From Candidatus Poribacteria bacterium (lineage in GTDB: Bacteria; Poribacteria; WGA-4E; WGA-3G): 64,000 nucleotides of DNA. The notes beneath the pieces are model-generated. The model was not told the origin of the DNA and did no database searches. It saw only the letters and a list, made by a program, of their open reading frames with translations. Every line of letters starts with the position of its first letter. Within the stretch, counting starts at the first letter, position 1. A program made the translations under genes and the position numbers. Below are positions 17,162 through 27,835 of the stretch, in pieces. The DNA lies in the NCBI GenBank assembly GCA_964291315.2, contig OZ219753.1:2720001-2784000 (forward strand), given 5' to 3'.

Positions 17162-17965
17162 ATGCGACTTATTGATAAAGAGCGCATTCTTGCAATGACG
17201 CACCTGTGGAAAGGTGAACGGTTTCCTGATGGGCGACCGCGTGTTCCGGATGACATTCTTCAACGGATGAAGGCGATCCGTATTGAACAAGCGTGGGGCG
17301 TTCTCAACAGCAACGACTACACATTCCAATTTGCTGGCGATTGGATGAATCTTCACCCGGATCGGGTGCTTGTGGGTAGGGCGGTGACGTGTGCTTTTGT
17401 GCCGATTCGTCCTGACTTTAACGATGCTATTTCGGCGCAAGGTGAGAAAGATGGGTGCGTTGGCGGGCAGAACTCATGGGTCATCGACACCCTCGTCCGC
17501 GATGATGTTGTCGTGGTTGACCTTTTTGGTAAAGTTAAAGATGGCACTTTTGCGGGCGATAATCTTGGCAATTCCATCTATGCGAAAACAGGGACTGGAA
17601 TGGTCATTGATGGCGGTATCCGAGACCTAGACGGTATTTATGAACTGCCTAATTTTGCGACGTTCGTGCGGGGCGTGGATCCGACAGGCATTGCAAACGT
17701 CACGCTGACGGGTATTAATATCCCGATCCGCATCGGGGAGGCAACAGTTTTACCGGGCGATGTGGTTTTGGGAAGACGTGGGGGTGTTATCTTTATTCCG
17801 CCGCACTACGCGCGGCAGGTAGTTGAACGCGGTGAAGAGGTGGCACTCCGAGACCGATTCGGGCATCAACGGCTGCGCGAAGGTGCATACACGCCGGGTG
17901 AGATAGATAGGAAATGGTCTGAGGAGATCGAGGCAGATTTTGAGAAATGGCGTGAAGGAGAATAA
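17162..17965 (+). CDS. RraA/HMG-CHA aldolase family protein
   Basis: LVGRAVT, VIDGGIRD, VLPGDVVLG..GGVIFIP. Confidence 0.85.
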   Translation: MRLIDKERILAMTHLWKGERFPDGRPRVPDDILQRMKAIRIEQAWGVLNSNDYTFQFAGDWMNLHPDRVLVGRAVTCAFVPIRPDFNDAISAQGEKDGCVGGQNSWVIDTLVRDDVVVVDLFGKVKDGTFAGDNLGNSIYAKTGTGMVIDGGIRDLDGIYELPNFATFVRGVDPTGIANVTLTGINIPIRIGEATVLPGDVVLGRRGGVIFIPPHYARQVVERGEEVALRDRFGHQRLREGAYTPGEIDRKWSEEIEADFEKWREGE

Positions 17966-18028
17966 GAGCTCGGTATCATCGTTAGGGAAGCATGTGTCCT
18001 GGTTTTTGTATGTGGAGTCAACCTGCTG

Positions 18029-18805
18029 TTACATGCGTCTCGCTTTGATGGCATACATGGGCCAGGAAAAATAGAAGTCATCGCCCGCTGGACGGACTGT
18101 GTAGTATTCTCGCGCTTCCTCAGAGGAAAGCTGGGTGAACGCGTTACGGATTTCCTGCACGATCTTCGGTGAGTTATCTTTTGGACGCACCCACCAGAGA
18201 AAAGACATCTGTGCGTTTCGCACATGTGCTGTTTTCTCAAGTGACAATCCAGCGTTTGTAATCATCAGGTCCCATTGAGATGGTGGATACCCGTAGACGT
18301 GAGAGTTGTCCCGGAGTTTCTCCACGCGATTCTGCCACGTTATTAACTTTTCCGATTCAGGTGAAACGGAATCTACCATGCAGAAGAGTCCATTTGTGCG
18401 TAAAACTCGATGCACTTCACTCAGGAAGGCAGTGACATCTTGGAAATGATGTGGGGCAATTCGGCAGGTTACTAAGTCTAACGACGCGTCAGTAAACGGT
18501 AGTGCCTCAGCAGCGGCGATAGAAAAAGTAAGGTTTTTCATGGTTTTTTCTTCTGATATTTCAGCTGCTTTCGCGACCATCTCCGGTGTTAGGTCGGTGG
18601 CAATCATATATGCGACCCTCGGTGCAAGCTTAAACGCCGTGAATCCCGTGCCTGTTGCAACATCTAACGCCCGTTCTGTGCCCTGAGGCTCGGCGAAATC
18701 GAGGATGATGTCTAAGGTGTCGCCCTGGGCATGTGCGCTGCTTTCTGCGTAATAGGTTGCATGTTGGCTAAACTGCTTTTGGACTGCGGTGTGTATAGAT
18801 TTCAT
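18029..18805 (-). CDS. Class I SAM-dependent methyltransferase
   Basis: ALDVATGTG, AEALPFTDASLDLV, EVHRVLR. Confidence 0.9.
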   Translation of the reverse strand: MKSIHTAVQKQFSQHATYYAESSAHAQGDTLDIILDFAEPQGTERALDVATGTGFTAFKLAPRVAYMIATDLTPEMVAKAAEISEEKTMKNLTFSIAAAEALPFTDASLDLVTCRIAPHHFQDVTAFLSEVHRVLRTNGLFCMVDSVSPESEKLITWQNRVEKLRDNSHVYGYPPSQWDLMITNAGLSLEKTAHVRNAQMSFLWWVRPKDNSPKIVQEIRNAFTQLSSEEAREYYTVRPAGDDFYFSWPMYAIKARRM

Positions 18806-18943
18806 AGGAATTGTCAGTAATTAGTTATCGGCAACCGGTTAAGGTTCTCTGTTTTAACAATCCACTGTAGCTTTAAGCAAGGGCTGGAGGCAGCGGTTGC
18901 GTTGTTAAAGGCAAGCCTCCTTCGTTGAAGGGAGTGTTGTATA

Positions 18944-20047
18944 TCAGTTGAAAAGAATAACACCTCGGGCATTTTCGCCGGCTTCCATGTGTACGAACGC
19001 CTCATTAATCTGATCAAGTCTATAGTGTCGTGTAATCAATTCATCTAGCTTCAATTTACCCTCGGTATAGAGATCGAGAAGTTTCGGCATATCCACTCTC
19101 GGTTGGCAGGACCCGTAAAATGAACCGATCAGTCGCTTTTCGGTTGTAACGAGGTGTTGTGCCGGAATGCTGACTTCTGATTGATGATGTGCTATTCCGA
19201 CAATAACGGCTGTGCCAGCTGCACGGACCATATTGTAGGCTTGCAGAATAGTTTTCGGATTCCCGATTACCTCAAAGGCGTAGTCTACTCCCAGGGTGTC
19301 TGTCAATTCATGGACTGCCTCGACTGGATCGCCTGCTGAGGCGTTAACGGTATCGGTTGCCCCAAAATTTTTCGCAAAGTCAAGTTTTTTTTCTGTAATA
19401 TCGATAGCGATAATTTGTTTGGCTTCTGCGATGGCTGCCCCCTGAATTACATTCAAACCGACACCCCCGGTCCCTATAACTGCCACGGAACTCCCCGGTT
19501 CCACTTTCGCGGTATTCAAGACGGCACCCACGCCTGTCGTTACAGCGCATCCCACGAGTGCGGCTTTTTCTAGTGGGTGGTGTTTATCGATTTTGACGAG
19601 ATTTTGCTGGGGGACAACCATGTACTCGGACATGGTTGCGATCCGTGCCATTTGGAGGATTCCATCACCTGAGCTATTATGAAGGCGATAGGTACTATCT
19701 AATTGGAAACCTCGTGGTATATCGTAACTTTCACAGAGGCAAACTTTCCCCATCTGACACAGGCGGCAGGTGCCACAATAGCTGACAAAAGACAAGATCA
19801 CATGGTCACCCGGGCGGAACCCGGTTACCTGGTCGCCGACTTGTTCAATAACGCCTGCGCCTTCATGTCCAAGCGCTACGGCTGCATTGTAGTAGATAGC
19901 GCCGGTGACGACTGACAGATCAGAGTGGCAGACGCCACTCGCGGCAGTTCGGACAAGTACCTCACTCGCCTTTGGTTCATCTAATTCAAGCTCTTCAACA
20001 ACGACGGGTTGATTGTGTTGATACATGACAGCAGCGTGTGTTTTCAT
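18944..20047 (-). CDS. Zn-dependent alcohol dehydrogenase (class III-like)
   Basis: GVCHSD, GHEGAG, structural Zn CGTCRLC...C, GCAVTTG, GTGGVG. Confidence 0.92.
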   Translation of the reverse strand: MKTHAAVMYQHNQPVVVEELELDEPKASEVLVRTAASGVCHSDLSVVTGAIYYNAAVALGHEGAGVIEQVGDQVTGFRPGDHVILSFVSYCGTCRLCQMGKVCLCESYDIPRGFQLDSTYRLHNSSGDGILQMARIATMSEYMVVPQQNLVKIDKHHPLEKAALVGCAVTTGVGAVLNTAKVEPGSSVAVIGTGGVGLNVIQGAAIAEAKQIIAIDITEKKLDFAKNFGATDTVNASAGDPVEAVHELTDTLGVDYAFEVIGNPKTILQAYNMVRAAGTAVIVGIAHHQSEVSIPAQHLVTTEKRLIGSFYGSCQPRVDMPKLLDLYTEGKLKLDELITRHYRLDQINEAFVHMEAGENARGVILFN

Positions 20048-20076
20048 GTTTCCCCTTGTTCTCCGCGATAATGTGT

Positions 20077-20307
20077 TTACAATATAGACTCCAGATACTT
20101 TCTTGCTTTTTGCATGGCTTCCACTCGATTCGACTCACCTTCGTATACAATTGACAGACATCCGTTATAGCCGACTCCTTGCAAAATGTCTAAGCTAAGG
20201 GGATAATTTAACCACTCCTCTACGCCGCTATGGATTTGATAAAACTTTGTGCGGACGTAAGCTGTTGTATTTCTCACGTTGAGGGACATTGTGCCCAATT
20301 TCATCAT
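20077..20307 (-). pseudogene. C-terminal remnant of a sugar phosphate isomerase/epimerase
   Basis: KFYQIHSGVEEWLNY...ILQGVGYNGCLSIVYEG matches the end of a TIM-barrel epimerase; N-terminal majority missing. Confidence 0.6.
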
Positions 20308-20362
20308 CCCCGCGTTTTCCTTTTCTCATTCGAATACTGGCAGGCTCAGTGATTATCAATTT

Positions 20363-21226
20363 TCAGCAGTCTTCCTCATCGGTTGTAATTTCGTCTTGTT
20401 CTTGAAGCGAGATTCTCGTCTGCTGGTTCAATCCTATGAGAAATTTTCGTAAGACGTGTTGAAGATCCTGGAGTTGATGCCGATCTGTTTCGAGGTACTG
20501 GATTCGGTCCCCCCAGGTTTCTAAATGAGTGATTCGCTCTAGAATATCTTCGAGCAGGTTATGTATTTGGCGAAACTGCTGCTGTTCGTCTTGCAGCTGC
20601 TGGACCTTGTTTATTACTACGCCGAGGTGTTTCTGAGTCTGATTCAATTCTTTCTGGAGGTTTTGTGTAAAAGAGATTAGGTTTTCGATCGTGTTTGTAG
20701 TTCTATAAATTGGTTTATTTGGAGTTGGGTTCCCTCTTTGCCCTGTTAGCTGCTGGGGTCTGTTTCCGGAAAGTGGTCTTGTAGTTTGAGCATCTGTGCC
20801 GTTAGGAATCTCGGCATTTGGTTTTCCAGAGATCCCTAACAACTTAATTTGATAGGAAAAGCGCGTATACGGTTCTCTGCGCTCCATATATGTGATTTGT
20901 ACTCGAAGTTCTTGGTTGACCGGTAGTGCGTTCAGCCGGCTATGGATATTCCGGATAACGACTTCATTGTAATTGAAGGCCTCGTTTTTTTTCGGGTTCA
21001 AACGTCGAAGATAATGATAGAGCTCCAAACCGTCGGTGCTTTCTCGTTCTAGCCCTTCTGTCGTTAAAACAGCGACCACCTCTGGATTATCAGCATCAGA
21101 AGTGGTATGACTATCAGGAACAACAATATCCAGTGGTACCTCTCCTCGAATCGCCTTCATCCCGATAATCCAATTGGTTGCTGATGTCCGCCTGCTGTAC
21201 GCGATGAAATCGTAATGAACGGCCAT
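20363..21226 (-). CDS. Hypothetical protein with Gln/Leu-rich C-terminal coiled coil
   Basis: 287-aa ORF; heptad pattern in the C-terminal third; no family recognised. Confidence 0.65.
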   Translation of the reverse strand: MAVHYDFIAYSRRTSATNWIIGMKAIRGEVPLDIVVPDSHTTSDADNPEVVAVLTTEGLERESTDGLELYHYLRRLNPKKNEAFNYNEVVIRNIHSRLNALPVNQELRVQITYMERREPYTRFSYQIKLLGISGKPNAEIPNGTDAQTTRPLSGNRPQQLTGQRGNPTPNKPIYRTTNTIENLISFTQNLQKELNQTQKHLGVVINKVQQLQDEQQQFRQIHNLLEDILERITHLETWGDRIQYLETDRHQLQDLQHVLRKFLIGLNQQTRISLQEQDEITTDEEDC

Positions 21227-21359
21227 AATTTTCTCTTTAGTATAAATGTACTTTATAGAAACAGAAAAATTTCACGATAGCGACATTTCTTAGTAACGTT
21301 TCCTTAGTGTGGATCGGGGCCTTTCTGAATAAATAGGGAAATAGGTCCATTCTATCCTG

Positions 21360-22193
21360 CTATACCTTTAACCTCAACATAACCTGTGCCAGTTCGGGAA
21401 TCCCGGAAGTACCGATGCCTTCAACAGCAAATGAGGCTACGCAATGTGCAAAGTTTAATGCCCTCTCTATGGATCGATTTTGGTAATAGTCAATCAAAAA
21501 AGAGGTTGCAAAGACATCGCCTGCGCCTGTAGGGTCAATTTCTGTTGCGGGATACGCTTTGGATTCCAAGCGTGTGCCATTCTGAAAAAGCGTTGCGCCT
21601 CTTGCGCCTTGCGTGAGCACAGTGATTGGAACCAATCGGATATACTTTTCTAACTCATCCGGGTAGGCGCGTACATCCTCATCACTGAGGATTAAGACAT
21701 CAATGCATGGTAAAATATCTTCGGCGGTTGCCCAACGTTTTGCCTCAACTTTCCCGCTTTTGTCCCACTGCCGGAGCCAGCCTTGTGGGGTGGCGCCTAT
21801 TAGAGTGTGTTTGCCGAAACGGTGAACGAGGTCTGCGGAAACCTCATCTGCGATGGGGCACAAGTAAACGATATTACTCGTACACCACTCGCTTGGAACA
21901 TCAGCTTGCTTTAGTTCTCTTGCTGCCCCTAGGACGAACTGTTGTCTGCGTCCGTTTTCATCGTATAAATTATCAAAAATTGTTGTTTCAGGGGAATCGC
22001 GATAAACGGTCTGTATACCATCCAATAGAGGGTTTAGCTGGTCAAAATTCGCGCTAACTGCTGTGACTGCTCGGGCGTGATGCCCTAGGTTTCGTGCGGT
22101 TAGTGTTGAATAGGAAGCAGATCCACCCAGAATATAACCGTTTGGGGAAACATCATAACAAAAATGTCCGACTGATAAAAACGTTACCGCCAT
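21360..22193 (-). CDS. PfkB-family carbohydrate kinase
   Basis: LGGSASY, VLTQGARGA, IDPTGAGDVFA. Confidence 0.9.
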   Translation of the reverse strand: MAVTFLSVGHFCYDVSPNGYILGGSASYSTLTARNLGHHARAVTAVSANFDQLNPLLDGIQTVYRDSPETTIFDNLYDENGRRQQFVLGAARELKQADVPSEWCTSNIVYLCPIADEVSADLVHRFGKHTLIGATPQGWLRQWDKSGKVEAKRWATAEDILPCIDVLILSDEDVRAYPDELEKYIRLVPITVLTQGARGATLFQNGTRLESKAYPATEIDPTGAGDVFATSFLIDYYQNRSIERALNFAHCVASFAVEGIGTSGIPELAQVMLRLKV

Positions 22194-22216
22194 CGAAGAA
22201 GTATGTCCTTTTCAGG

Positions 22217-22549
22217 TTATAATTGAAAAACAAGCTCCATTCGTGCCCACCACTCGTCTGGTTCTGCTTCTGCCACGGGTTCTTGGAAAGTCCGCATCAA
22301 CTTGTCCCAGGTTTTGCATTTTGGGTTTTCCTTGAGATAGCGCGGAAAATCTCGATCTATATGAAAATTATCGACTGTTTCCATCGTCATAAACAGACGG
22401 CATCCTAATAGGTAGATGTTCATCTTGGTTATACCGACTGCTTTCAAGGCATCGACGACCTCCGGCCAGGCATCGTGGTGATATGCTTTATATGCCTCAA
22501 TGAGAGCTGGATCGTTTTTTAGATTTAAGGTTAAACCGTAGTGCTTCAT
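22217..22549 (-). CDS. rhaM: L-rhamnose mutarotase family protein
   Basis: YKAYH...WPEV...GITKMNIY...W...MELVF pattern, 110 aa. Confidence 0.8.
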   Translation of the reverse strand: MKHYGLTLNLKNDPALIEAYKAYHHDAWPEVVDALKAVGITKMNIYLLGCRLFMTMETVDNFHIDRDFPRYLKENPKCKTWDKLMRTFQEPVAEAEPDEWWARMELVFQL

Positions 22550-22631
22550 TTTAGGTCTCTAACGTCTTTCGGATTATTTCCACGTGATCAAACGCGAATG
22601 AGGGAACCTTGAAAACACAAATGTTTATATT

Positions 22632-22823
22632 TTACTCAACGGTGGATGCTGTTGGCCTGTGAAACTTGCAATATCGGCGCGGGAGCAGCAAGGCTAGTGT
22701 AGTGGTAATAAAACATTTTATTTTCAAAATCCCGTTTCGGTTGATATATGCCACAAGGTCCTTATAAAGCAACTCGGATCGATTGCGTCTATAAGTAAAA
22801 GGGCAATCGACATATTCTGTCAT
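22632..22823 (-). CDS. Possible small hypothetical protein
   Basis: 63-aa ORF downstream of a minus-strand TTGACA-17-TATGCT (22851-22879); no homology recognised. Confidence 0.25.
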   Translation of the reverse strand: MTEYVDCPFTYRRNRSELLYKDLVAYINRNGILKIKCFITTTLALLLPRRYCKFHRPTASTVE

Positions 22824-23143
22824 TTTAATTCTGCATAGATACTACTTTATAGCATACTACATTTTAACATTTCTGTCAACTTTTTTCTAAATAATTCGTT
22901 ATTTTGTTGTATCAGCATACCCGATTGTTAAAGCGGGTGGATTTTTGCAGTTCTCCTGCGCGCAACCAAAATACATGTCACATTCGCCTGCGACTTTCCG
23001 GGGTGATCCTTGTGTTACGTGCAATCTCGGCATGTGTCTTAGTGCAATTTGGCTTTCGACAAGAACCGTTACAAATGAGCGTTGGTTGGATGTTCGTTTG
23101 TAGCCTGTGCCGCCTCTACATTCTAAACCCGGAAGATTGGGGC

Positions 23144-23172
23144 TTGACACCCGGACGTGACAGTGCTATAAT
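23144..23172 (+). promoter_or_regulatory. Consensus sigma70 promoter
   Basis: TTGACA-17-TATAAT with extended TGn. Confidence 0.8.
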
Positions 23173-23237
23173 AAGGTTTATCATTATGGGCTTTTCACAA
23201 AATTCAAGCCTTACAGCGATGAACGCACGGAACTGAC

Positions 23238-24323
23238 ATGAGAGTCCGCATCAGGAAAAATATCCCAAAAGCCCTTATTGTTTCTATTGGGCTTCATATT
23301 CTGCTGTTTTTGATGCTGAGAGCCTTGCACCGGCAAGCCCCGGACCGGCATTTTGAAACAGGCGTGGCATTCGATATCGCAGAAATTCGCTTGAGGACTC
23401 CTCGCCTGCCGATGAAAAAACCTCCTCATATGCCTCTAAAGTCGCTGGTGCTTCCTGAAGCCATGCCAAAGCGGACACAGGTTCTGAAGATCAAGGCTCC
23501 ATCGATCCAACGGCAGCTAACATCCGTAGTCCATCAAGAGGTACGCCTCGACTTGCAAACGCCAGAAATTTCTGCATCGACACACTTTGAGGGACGTATG
23601 CCCGGTAAAGGTCTGCAAGCCACACCTGTATCTGGTAATAGCGGTGGCATCGGGATTGGATCGGGCTCGGCTATTTTCGGTAGTCATGGTAAGTCGGGTA
23701 GCGAGAGGAGCAGATTTACGGTTGAGACCGGGGTGCAACCCGCTTCGGATGTTGAAGGTTTAACACTTCCTGATCTTGCGCTAAATAGGATTGCCAAACA
23801 CATTGTTGCGAATAGAGAGACGAATCTCATCGACATCGTCTTTATTATTGATGGTAGTGGCAGCATGAAAAATGACGTTGACGCAGTCCGCGAGCATCTT
23901 AACAGTATGACTGATCAGTTTGGCAACGCAGGCATTGATTTCACGATCGGCATCGTTGCCTTTCGAGATGGGACTGGATATAGTCTTCTCGGGTTCGACT
24001 TTGAAGTGGTTCCGCAGACTCGCTCAACTGCTCATATTAAGAAAGTCTTGGCACAACTTAAATTCCGGGGCGATGAAAACGGTTTGGATGCCCTTATCCG
24101 TGCAGCTGATGAAGTAACGTTTAGGAACGGGGCTGAAGTTCATTTCATTTTCGTCACAGACGAGTATGTGAGCGGTGCCTATTCTTCAATAGATGTAATG
24201 GTGAAGATGAAAACTGCAAGGATCAAAGTAGACGTTATTGGGCGGGATGAACCTTTCCAGAAGTTTATTGCGAAAACCACCGGGGGCCTATGGTTGCCCA
24301 TTTCAAGTCTCTCAATCCAATAA
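23238..24323 (+). CDS. Membrane-anchored VWA-domain protein
   Basis: N-terminal TM (SIGLH), Pro/Gly linker, DIVFIIDGSGSM MIDAS motif, FIFVTDE. Confidence 0.85.
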   Translation: MRVRIRKNIPKALIVSIGLHILLFLMLRALHRQAPDRHFETGVAFDIAEIRLRTPRLPMKKPPHMPLKSLVLPEAMPKRTQVLKIKAPSIQRQLTSVVHQEVRLDLQTPEISASTHFEGRMPGKGLQATPVSGNSGGIGIGSGSAIFGSHGKSGSERSRFTVETGVQPASDVEGLTLPDLALNRIAKHIVANRETNLIDIVFIIDGSGSMKNDVDAVREHLNSMTDQFGNAGIDFTIGIVAFRDGTGYSLLGFDFEVVPQTRSTAHIKKVLAQLKFRGDENGLDALIRAADEVTFRNGAEVHFIFVTDEYVSGAYSSIDVMVKMKTARIKVDVIGRDEPFQKFIAKTTGGLWLPISSLSIQ

Positions 24324-24361
24324 GATCATAGGGATGCTGCAACTTAAAAGGTTGTGGAACA

Positions 24362-25900
24362 ATGCGTAAGAAGGAAACGCGCTACGCTGTTAGTTTAGGG
24401 TTACTTTTTCTTGCTGTGGGCAGTTACACTGCTGTCCATCATGAGATGTGGCGCGATGAAATTCAGGCATGGCTCCTTGCGCGCGATAGCAGCTCGGTCT
24501 TTGAACTCTTTACACACCTCAAGTATGAAGGGCATCCGGGCTTGTGGCATCTTACGCTTATGCCGCTTACCCGCATCACACCTGCTCCTGTCATTATGCA
24601 GGTTTTTCATCTCTTAATCGCAGTGCTTACTGTCTACCTTTTTGTTCGGTATGCGCCTTTCAATCGTTTCCAAAAATTCCTTTTCTGCTTTGGCTATTTT
24701 GTGGTTTATGAATATGCCATTCTTGCGCGAAATTATGCATTAGGGTTTCTCCTAATAACGATCTTATGTATACTTTTCAGCAAACGTTACAGACACTTCA
24801 TTTGGATCGGTTGCGTGCTGTTTCTACTTGCGCATACGAGTGTTCATGCGTTAATTCTTACTCTATCGATAGGGTTGGCACTTTGCTTCGAATATTTCTG
24901 GCGTAACCGTTTTTTTAAATCGGTCACTGAAGAGATTCAGGCGATAAAAGATAAGAGGCCTATCTGGATCGGTTTTGCGCTTATAGGTATTGGTATCATT
25001 ACATCAGTCTTGCAACTGAATCCCCCTTCAGATACCGGTTTTGCTGTTGAATGGAAGTTCACCTATGACTTGGGCGAAGTCGGCAAGGTTATCAAACTTG
25101 TTTCTCGTGCGCTGCTTCCGATTCCAGCGTTCTCGCTTAATTTTTGGAATAAGCATCAATTAGAAACGTACACCTTTTTCCAATCCATCCAAGTTCCATT
25201 CTGTTGTTTTCTTATAGTTTGTAGTATCCTTTTTCTTTTTAGGCGTCCCACTGCTCTTTTTATATATCTGTTGGCGACCTTGGGCCTTCTAGTATTTTTC
25301 TATATAAAATATTACGGTAGCATGCGTCATCATGGATTCCTATTCATCACATTTCTCATGACGTGTTGGATTCAGAAAGATTGCCCCGGGATAACTTTCC
25401 ACTTCAAAAACCTAAATGTGTTCCTCACACGTCTGTTTTCGGGGTTTGTCACCTTTATTTTTTTCTGCCAGTTTATTGGAGGGGTAACGGCAATCATACT
25501 GGAGGAACGTTATGTGTTTTCATACGGGAAACAGGTAGCTGAATATATCAGGGCAAAAGGTATTGAAGACCTGACGATGGTAGGGGAGCGTGATTTTGCT
25601 GCGAGCACGATTGTCGGGTATCTCGAAAAAGATGAGATTTACTATGTACAGGGTAGTCGGTTCGGTTCCTTCGTCAAATGGGACAGTGCTCGCATGCCGA
25701 ATGTTAGGGTACCAAACGACCAGGTGCTTGAGGAGGCGAATACCCTAAGGACACGAACATCTCAGGATATTCTAATTATTATGAACCGCTCTTTGGCCCC
25801 GAACCTGATTACGCAACATAATCTTACTGTTTTAGGGGAGTTCACAGGTTCGATCGTTAATGATGAAGGTTTCTATCTGTATCTAATGCCTGGGATTTGA
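24362..25900 (+). CDS. Polytopic membrane protein, GT-C-fold glycosyltransferase-like
   Basis: HEMWRDE and YEGHPGLW in first loop, ARNYAL, about 11 TM segments. Confidence 0.65.
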   Translation: MRKKETRYAVSLGLLFLAVGSYTAVHHEMWRDEIQAWLLARDSSSVFELFTHLKYEGHPGLWHLTLMPLTRITPAPVIMQVFHLLIAVLTVYLFVRYAPFNRFQKFLFCFGYFVVYEYAILARNYALGFLLITILCILFSKRYRHFIWIGCVLFLLAHTSVHALILTLSIGLALCFEYFWRNRFFKSVTEEIQAIKDKRPIWIGFALIGIGIITSVLQLNPPSDTGFAVEWKFTYDLGEVGKVIKLVSRALLPIPAFSLNFWNKHQLETYTFFQSIQVPFCCFLIVCSILFLFRRPTALFIYLLATLGLLVFFYIKYYGSMRHHGFLFITFLMTCWIQKDCPGITFHFKNLNVFLTRLFSGFVTFIFFCQFIGGVTAIILEERYVFSYGKQVAEYIRAKGIEDLTMVGERDFAASTIVGYLEKDEIYYVQGSRFGSFVKWDSARMPNVRVPNDQVLEEANTLRTRTSQDILIIMNRSLAPNLITQHNLTVLGEFTGSIVNDEGFYLYLMPGI

Positions 25901-25972
25901 TACGAATTTCTTGCTGTAGAAGTGCATTTCCGAAAGCAATTTTGCTTATGTAGCACGCGAGGAAACTTTTGT

Positions 25973-26001
25973 TTGACAGAATCTGCAACAAATGATACTA
26001 T
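25973..26001 (+). promoter_or_regulatory. Sigma70-type promoter for def
   Basis: TTGACA-17-TACTAT with extended TGn. Confidence 0.65.
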
Positions 26002-26055
26002 ATTAAAAATTATTGTTGCCAAAGATGCGTTAACAAATGGAGAATGTTCTAATAC

Positions 26056-26658
26056 ATGCCAAAACGTAGAAGGAAGTCCAAAAATACATCTACCTCGGAT
26101 GTGGGCGGAGAAGATAGTGTGGTGTTGCGTGAGACAGCTCCGCTGCAATTGTGCTATTACGGTGATCCTGCTCTCCGCAAAAAAGCGGAGCCGGTGGCAG
26201 AGATCACGGATGCGGAACGTCAACTTGCTGAAGACATGTTGATGACGCTGGAGGCTACAGGCAACGGTATCGGACTCGCAGCGACGCAGGTTGGTGTTTT
26301 GAAGAGACTCATCATTGTCGATATTGGGGAGGAAGACGACGAGGACTATGAGCCTTTAGTGCTGTTTAACCCGGAAATTCTAAGTTCCGAGGGAGAAGTT
26401 GTTACTGAGGAAGGGTGTCTAAGCATACCTGATGTGACAGCGGATGTCAAACGGCCAGAGCGAATTGTTGTTGAAGGGGTTGATCCGCAAAGTAAGAGTG
26501 TTCATATTGAATCCGACGGTTTATTAGCGCGTGTCCTCCAACATGAGATCGATCATCTCAACGGTGTGCTCTTTATTGATCGGATTAGTGGATTAAAACG
26601 ACGGTTGCTCAGCGATGAACTGTTGAGAATCCAGCAAGCTGAACGGCCTTATCCGTAA
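26056..26658 (+). CDS. def: Peptide deformylase
   Basis: GIGLAATQVG, EGCLS, QHEIDHLNG. Confidence 0.95.
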   Translation: MPKRRRKSKNTSTSDVGGEDSVVLRETAPLQLCYYGDPALRKKAEPVAEITDAERQLAEDMLMTLEATGNGIGLAATQVGVLKRLIIVDIGEEDDEDYEPLVLFNPEILSSEGEVVTEEGCLSIPDVTADVKRPERIVVEGVDPQSKSVHIESDGLLARVLQHEIDHLNGVLFIDRISGLKRRLLSDELLRIQQAERPYP

Positions 26659-26762
26659 TTTGGTTTGCTGTTTTAGTGGTAGGGCGCTGAATTGCGTCTG
26701 CTGTCACATAAAAGGAGGCTACTTCGGCGCAACTTGTAGGCCGCAGCTTGCTATTGAGAAAT

Positions 26763-27629
26763 ATGCCAAAAGTGAAACTTGATCCTATTCTACAAACGAA
26801 ACTTGAAGAACTCTATACGCGTCTGCGCGCTTACAAGCGAGTTATTGTTGCCTTTTCCGGGGGTGTTGATAGCACATTTCTTGCGGAGGCGGCCCAACAT
26901 GTATTGGAGGATGATGCTCTTGCTGTTACTGCTATCTCGGATTCCTATCCGGTTCGGGAAATGAGAGCGGCTCAGGAGATTGCCAAGCAGATTGGGATCC
27001 GCTTTGAAACGGTTAATACGCGCGAATTAGATCTTGAAGGTTACGCAAGCAATCCAACGAATCGGTGTTTTTTCTGTAAAACAGAATTGTTTGATAAACT
27101 CCGTCCGATTGCTGAAAAGTATGATGTTGGCACGATCGTCTATGGGGCTATTCCGGACGATGTGGGTGACCATCGTCCGGGAATGGATGCGGCGAAAAAG
27201 ATGGGTATCCGAGCCCCTTTGATTGATGCAAACTTGACGAAGGCGGAGATACGTGAGATTTCAAAAGTGTGGGACCTTCCTACGTGGGATAAACCGGCGT
27301 TTGCTTGTCTTTCCTCACGGTTCCCGTACGGCATGCGGATTACCCGTGAATTGCTAAGGCAGGTGGATGCTGCTGAGCAATTTCTTTACGATTTGGGTAT
27401 CCGTCAGTTCCGCGTTCGCCACCACGGCGAGCTTGCTCGAATTGAACTTGAAGCGGAAGAGATCTCGCGCCTGCTCTCAAAAACGGTGCGTCGTGACATT
27501 AGTTTGCATTTTAAAATGCTTGGATACGTCTATGTTACGCTCGACTTGCAGGGGTATCGTTCTGGTAGTCTTAACGAGGGATTAAGATTTCTTGAAATAA
27601 AAAATAGCGGTCAACAGCTGCCGGATTGA
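26763..27629 (+). CDS. larE: ATP-dependent sacrificial sulfur transferase LarE family
   Basis: PP-loop SGGVDS, RCFFCK, DHRPG, ACLSSRFPYG, GYRSGSLN. Confidence 0.9.
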   Translation: MPKVKLDPILQTKLEELYTRLRAYKRVIVAFSGGVDSTFLAEAAQHVLEDDALAVTAISDSYPVREMRAAQEIAKQIGIRFETVNTRELDLEGYASNPTNRCFFCKTELFDKLRPIAEKYDVGTIVYGAIPDDVGDHRPGMDAAKKMGIRAPLIDANLTKAEIREISKVWDLPTWDKPAFACLSSRFPYGMRITRELLRQVDAAEQFLYDLGIRQFRVRHHGELARIELEAEEISRLLSKTVRRDISLHFKMLGYVYVTLDLQGYRSGSLNEGLRFLEIKNSGQQLPD

Positions 27630-27835
27630 TTGTATTAAAATGTATTGACCTCAAAGATGTTATCGTAATCATTACGGCATAGCCGGTTCATATAATGAGT
27701 TTTGCTGGTAACATTTTGCTTTTAGAGCTTGTTCTGAAATGGAAGAGGCGACTAAAATAGAGCTGATTGCAACTGAGTCTGTTAGTGAAAAGCGAGATTT
27801 AAGATAATAGGAATAACTACATATAAACATTTGAT

